Shown piece after piece: positions 59,700-64,000 of a stretch of DNA of 64,000 bases. The notes beneath the pieces were generated by a model. That model was not told the DNA's origin and ran no database searches. It worked only from the letters and a program-made list of their open reading frames with translations. Every line of letters starts with the position of its first letter. Position 1 is the stretch's first letter. This DNA is from Candidatus Zhuqueibacterota bacterium (GTDB taxonomy: Bacteria > Zhuqueibacterota > Zhuqueibacteria > Thermofontimicrobiales > Thermofontimicrobiaceae): contig JBMOPW010000002.1 in the NCBI GenBank assembly GCA_049322915.1, forward strand, positions 1 through 64,000. Reading direction: 5' to 3'. The translations under genes and the position numbers were made by a program.

Positions 59700-60953
59700 A
59701 TGATTACAAGAGTCCAGGCCTTATTTTACAAAGGCTTTAAGTATCTCGATGTTGCATTAAATCCTTTTGTCATTCTGGTAGGGCCGAATGCCAGCGGCAA
59801 GAGCACATTTATTGATATTTTTAATTTTATTCGGGATACATTGATTGATGGACCAGAAGCAGCGGTACAAAAGCGAAGCTCGCAATTCATGGAATTGTTA
59901 TGGAACCAGATTGGTACCAGAATTGAATTTGCTATTGAAATTGCCATCCCTGCTCCGATGAGTGAAGTATTCCGGTCGGCGAGGTATGAGCTTTCAGTTG
60001 CACTCGACGATAGATTGGGGATTGTAATTGAAAACGAGTATTTATGGTTACTTAAAGAAGGAGCCGAACTTCTTGAACCTGGGAAAGATCATACCAGACA
60101 ATGCACGATATTTCCGTCTGAGCCTATTGCACCTGAATTTATCATCACTCAAAGAAAGAAAACACCTATCGGATGGAGAAAGATAATTTCTAAAAGCGCT
60201 CAGGGGAATGATTATTTTCGTTCGGAAACAACTGATTGGAATATCATTTATCGCTTTGGTCCCTATAAAGCATCATTGGCCAGGATACCTGAAGATGAAG
60301 CGCGGTTTCCAATATCATTATGGATTAAAAAAATATTAATGGAGAATATTCAATTCCTGCAGTTGAACAGTATCGCCATGCGTTGGCCTTGTCGGCCAGA
60401 TAGCCCTGTTGCATTTCAGATGGAAGGAAATAATCTACCAAAGGTAATTAAATATTTACGCGATGAGCATCCAAAGAATTTTGATCAATGGTTGAAACAT
60501 GTCAGATCTGCTCTGCCGGAAGTCGATCGAATCACGATTCAGGAACGTCCGGAGAATCGATCTTTATATCTTCAATTTGAATATCTGAATAAAAATTGGG
60601 TGCCTTCCTGGTTGCTATCCGATGGGACACTTCGTTTGCTGGCTCAAACTCTGATTGCATATCTTCCGGAAAAAGATCGTCTCTTTATGATTGAAGAACC
60701 AGAGAACGGGCTTCATCCTCTGGCGATTGAAAGCGTTTATCAATCACTATCTTCCTGTTATGATAATCAAATTATTCTCGCCACCCATTCACCTGGAATA
60801 ATTCGTTTAGCCGAACCACGAGATATCATCTGTTTCTCGAAAACCGAAAGTGGATTGATCGATATTTGCCCAGGCCTTGAGCATCCTCGACTTAAAAATT
60901 GGATGAAAGGTATTGATTTAGCAACTTTACATGCTGCAGGAGTGTTACAGTGA
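59700..60953 (+). CDS. ABC/AAA_21-type ATPase (MADS MAD3-like)
   Basis: GPNASGKST, LSDGTLR, MIEEPENGLHP, ATHSP. Confidence 0.85.
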   Translation: MITRVQALFYKGFKYLDVALNPFVILVGPNASGKSTFIDIFNFIRDTLIDGPEAAVQKRSSQFMELLWNQIGTRIEFAIEIAIPAPMSEVFRSARYELSVALDDRLGIVIENEYLWLLKEGAELLEPGKDHTRQCTIFPSEPIAPEFIITQRKKTPIGWRKIISKSAQGNDYFRSETTDWNIIYRFGPYKASLARIPEDEARFPISLWIKKILMENIQFLQLNSIAMRWPCRPDSPVAFQMEGNNLPKVIKYLRDEHPKNFDQWLKHVRSALPEVDRITIQERPENRSLYLQFEYLNKNWVPSWLLSDGTLRLLAQTLIAYLPEKDRLFMIEEPENGLHPLAIESVYQSLSSCYDNQIILATHSPGIIRLAEPRDIICFSKTESGLIDICPGLEHPRLKNWMKGIDLATLHAAGVLQ

Positions 60954-61561
60954 AAAAAGATTTAGTTGTATTAGCTCCGGACATCACCGTCAAAGTGACT
61001 CTTGATTGTCTGCTTAATCGAAATAGGGATTTTGAAATTCGCAAGATAAGCTGGGAAACATTTGTGCATCCCCTTCGGGATCCGGGTGTCTACAGCAACT
61101 CGGATTCATTTTTGAGAAGCTATATAAATGATTATCATTTTGCATTAATATTAATGGATAAAGAGGGCAGTGGGCAAGAAGCAAAGCCTTATGATTCATT
61201 GATCGAAGAAATGAAAAGAAAAATGGAGCGCAATGGTTGGAGCGATAGGGTAGGCGTTATTGTATTTGACCCGGAATTAGAAATATGGGCTTGGATAAAT
61301 TCACCCCATTTGGCGAGAGTTTTAGGTTGGCCGGACTATACGACATTGAAGAACACGCTCGTTGATAATGGGTTATGGGATCATCATCGGCCTAAGCCAG
61401 TTCGACCGAAGGAAGCATTTGAATTCGCGTTGAAAACGAAGAGAATCCCCCGCTCGTCTTCTATTTATCGGGAAATTGCTATAGCTGTTGATTTTAACAT
61501 GTGCCGGGAACCATCCTTCCAGGCTTTGAAAAACATGCTGAACCAGTGGTTTCCGAAATAA
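60950..61561 (+). CDS. ATPase partner protein (MADS MAD4-like, putative nuclease)
   Basis: GTGA overlap with the ATPase; DLVVLAPD, HP.RDPG, MDKEGSG, DPELEIWAW, KP.RPKEA, WFP terminus; family call from memory. Confidence 0.6.
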   Translation: MKKDLVVLAPDITVKVTLDCLLNRNRDFEIRKISWETFVHPLRDPGVYSNSDSFLRSYINDYHFALILMDKEGSGQEAKPYDSLIEEMKRKMERNGWSDRVGVIVFDPELEIWAWINSPHLARVLGWPDYTTLKNTLVDNGLWDHHRPKPVRPKEAFEFALKTKRIPRSSSIYREIAIAVDFNMCREPSFQALKNMLNQWFPK

Positions 61562-61631
61562 TTTTCCGATGGCGCGCGTAAAATAACTCCCCGGTTATCT
61601 TTGTAAAGGGTACTCCTGAAAAAAATGCCGT

Positions 61632-62654
61632 CTATTCCCTCCGCCTGAATCGCACATTGGCGCACTCGAAAACCTTATGATTGATGACAAATTGCGGCGG
61701 TCGGCCCTCGATGAATGCCTTTACGTCATCCATGATCATGTAGCGAATATCCCAGCCGCCTTCTTCACTGTACCAGGCCACATGCGGAGTCAACATGACG
61801 TTATCCATTTTGAGCAATTCGCTGTCTTCCCCGGGGGGCTCATCTTCGTACACATCCAGCCCGGCGCCCATGATTCGCTTTTCTCTGAGGGCGCGCACCA
61901 AATCCTCAGTGTGAATGATGGGCCCGCGGGAGGTGTTGATGATCACCGCCTCCGGCTTCATCTGGTTAAATTCGGCCAGCTTGAACATCCCCCGCGTCTC
62001 GTCCGTCACCGGTACGTGGATGGTGATGATATCGGATTGCCGCAGGACAGTCTCAAACGGGGTGTGACGGATTTCGAGTTCGCGGTATCGTTCCTCCGAG
62101 AGGTAGGGGTCGCAGACAAGCATGTTCATGCCAAAACAGCGCATTCGATTCAATAGCCGCGATCCAATATTGCCGCACCCGATGATCCCCAGCGTTTTGC
62201 CTTTCATCCGAAACAGCGGATAAATATCCTGCGAACTCCACTGGCCGGTGCGTATCCAATGCAGCAGCGCTTTTTCTTGCAATTTTCTCTTTCGGTAGGT
62301 CTCCAGTATCAACATAATTGCATGCTCGGCCACGTCCTCGCTGGAAGCCGTGGCTTCATTGGCGAATACGATGCCATTCTTCGTCGCTGCCGGCACATCG
62401 ATATTGTCGTAGCCGATGCCATGTCGCAACAGCACTTTGACGCTGGTTATTCCGTTCATCACCTCTTCCGTGAATTTTGCCATGTTCGTCAGCACGATAT
62501 CCGCTTGCTCGCAAATCGCGATCAGTATATCGGCTGATGCGTCTCGCAGTTGATGGAAGGAGAAATCAATCCCCAATCGCTGGCACTGCTCTTCTTCCCA
62601 TTTCAGATCCCGTTCGATATAATCGGTGATGACGAATTTTATTCGCTTGCTCAT
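61632..62654 (-). CDS. D-isomer-specific 2-hydroxyacid dehydrogenase (CtBP-like)
   Basis: GIGYDNID, GCGNIG, INTSRG, GLDVYEDEP, TPHVAWYS. Confidence 0.92.
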   Translation of the reverse strand: MSKRIKFVITDYIERDLKWEEEQCQRLGIDFSFHQLRDASADILIAICEQADIVLTNMAKFTEEVMNGITSVKVLLRHGIGYDNIDVPAATKNGIVFANEATASSEDVAEHAIMLILETYRKRKLQEKALLHWIRTGQWSSQDIYPLFRMKGKTLGIIGCGNIGSRLLNRMRCFGMNMLVCDPYLSEERYRELEIRHTPFETVLRQSDIITIHVPVTDETRGMFKLAEFNQMKPEAVIINTSRGPIIHTEDLVRALREKRIMGAGLDVYEDEPPGEDSELLKMDNVMLTPHVAWYSEEGGWDIRYMIMDDVKAFIEGRPPQFVINHKVFECANVRFRRRE

Positions 62655-62757
62655 GAAGTTATCCTGTTTATAAAGTAATCGTTGCTATGGCCGGCTTCAG
62701 TGGCGCGCTTCTCTGGCAACTCATGCCGCGTTGAAGCTGAATCATTGTTTTGTGGAT

Positions 62758-63897
62758 TTAATAAACGCATGTTTTCTGGTATTCATCGAGCATGGCCATG
62801 TAATTTTCGTATTTGCTGCCCACGGCGACTGAATGGCTGATGCCCAGAATGAATCGGCCACCGGGTTTGGCGCAAGCCATTGCATTTCGAACATCATTTC
62901 GAACATCGTCCGGGGCGCCGCTCACGATATGCTCCAGTGCAACGCCGCCCCAGAGAGTGAGTTTATCGCCGTATTTCTGTTTCAACTGGCACAAGTCCAT
63001 ACCGGCGGTGGGTTGAATGGACTGATAGGCGTCGTAGCCGATTTCAATGAAATCATCCATCAGTGGATTGTTATTGCCGCAGGCGTGTTTCATTATTTTC
63101 ACGCCAAATTTTTCGCGTAAATTTTTTACTCTCGCCTTGTTCGGCGCCACGAAAAAATCCCTGAACATAGTCGGACTGATGAACGGGCCTGACTTATAAC
63201 CAAAGTCAGCGCCCCATAAAATCGCGTCGGCATCCGGGTGGACAAAGACGTCGTCGGCCAGGTTCTGCAGACGCAGATAGTAATCGGTGGCCGCGCGCAC
63301 TACGTCGGGATTCTCCGCCAATTCCATGCAGCCGCGTTCCAGGCCGCCCAATAGAATGATGCCGATTTCGCCGCCTTCCGGGCCGCAAATGAATTTTTCA
63401 TGTTTGAACCGTTGAATCACCGCGTCGACAATTTTCCAGGAGCGCTCATCGCGCGTTGGTTTCTCAGGCGCCCGCGCGAATTCATCGACGGTGAACACCC
63501 TGGCGTCCATCACCGGATCTTTGATACAGGTGATGTCCGCGGTGATGTCGGAATATTTGTACACGCGGCCGTACTTATCCTCCCAGGTCGTGGCGTCGAT
63601 TTTCCGAGGAGGAGGGTCATCGCTTTCCGGCGGAATGAACCACGTGGCCATGGGAAATGTGATGATGTCCAGATCGAGCTTTTCGTGCAGCTCAATGTGG
63701 TCTTTGAGATAGCTCTCGGCGACTTCATCGTGCCGGCGCTCCCAGAAGGCGATCTGCGATTTCGCTTTGGCGCGGAGAAATGTCTCGCGGCCAAGTATCT
63801 TTTCCACGGTGTCGAAATCCACCGCAAATTCACCGATGGGAACCCGATCCGGCTCCTGGCCGCTCATGGTTGTGAGTACGCGTTGCTTTGAATTCAT
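62758..63897 (-). CDS. Uroporphyrinogen-decarboxylase-family TIM-barrel protein
   Basis: MNSKQRV...EPDRVP, DFGYKSGPFISP..F, HACGN, IQP.AGMD, GGRFILG.SHS. Confidence 0.88.
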   Translation of the reverse strand: MNSKQRVLTTMSGQEPDRVPIGEFAVDFDTVEKILGRETFLRAKAKSQIAFWERRHDEVAESYLKDHIELHEKLDLDIITFPMATWFIPPESDDPPPRKIDATTWEDKYGRVYKYSDITADITCIKDPVMDARVFTVDEFARAPEKPTRDERSWKIVDAVIQRFKHEKFICGPEGGEIGIILLGGLERGCMELAENPDVVRAATDYYLRLQNLADDVFVHPDADAILWGADFGYKSGPFISPTMFRDFFVAPNKARVKNLREKFGVKIMKHACGNNNPLMDDFIEIGYDAYQSIQPTAGMDLCQLKQKYGDKLTLWGGVALEHIVSGAPDDVRNDVRNAMACAKPGGRFILGISHSVAVGSKYENYMAMLDEYQKTCVY

Positions 63898-64000
63898 GGT
63901 ATTCCTTTCTGACTCATCAAATTTGGCCTGCGAGCTTGCAGGGCTGCAATCTGTCTGGATAACTGAGCGACATGCGAATTGGGCGATAAACCACCCAAGC

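Noticed and set aside
1..64000. CRISPR array, rRNA, or tRNA-Sec (selC)
   Set aside because: No regularly spaced repeat-spacer array or rRNA motifs seen; the CTTCAAA occurrences I checked do not sit in a tRNA cloverleaf
63898..64000. 3' end of an upstream gene at the window edge
   Set aside because: Too short to choose a frame or product

Overview
Bacterial chromosomal window, probably from an FCB-superphylum lineage such as candidate division KSB1. This taxonomy is inferred from T9SS-type C-terminal domains, a PorV-like barrel, a GWxTD protein and the TonB-receptor type. Main contents: (1) an operon-like cluster of TonB-dependent receptor, large CTD-bearing protein and PorV-like barrel, followed by GWxTD and propeller-CTD genes; (2) selenocysteine machinery: selA, selB and a selD that itself has an in-frame UGA plus SECIS-like hairpin, missed by the ORF track; (3) a fluoride riboswitch upstream of a cation:proton antiporter; (4) an ~8.9 kb AT-rich islet integrated in the 3' end of tRNA-Glu(TTC), carrying a Panacea antitoxin with a putative toxin, a type IIG restriction-modification enzyme and a large serine recombinase whose attachment site lies inside its own ORF, so excision would swap its C-terminus; (5) an AcnX large/small plus isopentenyl-phosphate-kinase operon resembling the archaeal modified mevalonate pathway; (6) an ATPase/partner pair resembling MADS MAD3/MAD4; (7) several small non-coding repeat families; (8) a sigma54-type promoter driving a short GGA-rich unit with chained micro-ORFs. 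All protein calls come from motif recognition by eye; no searches were run.
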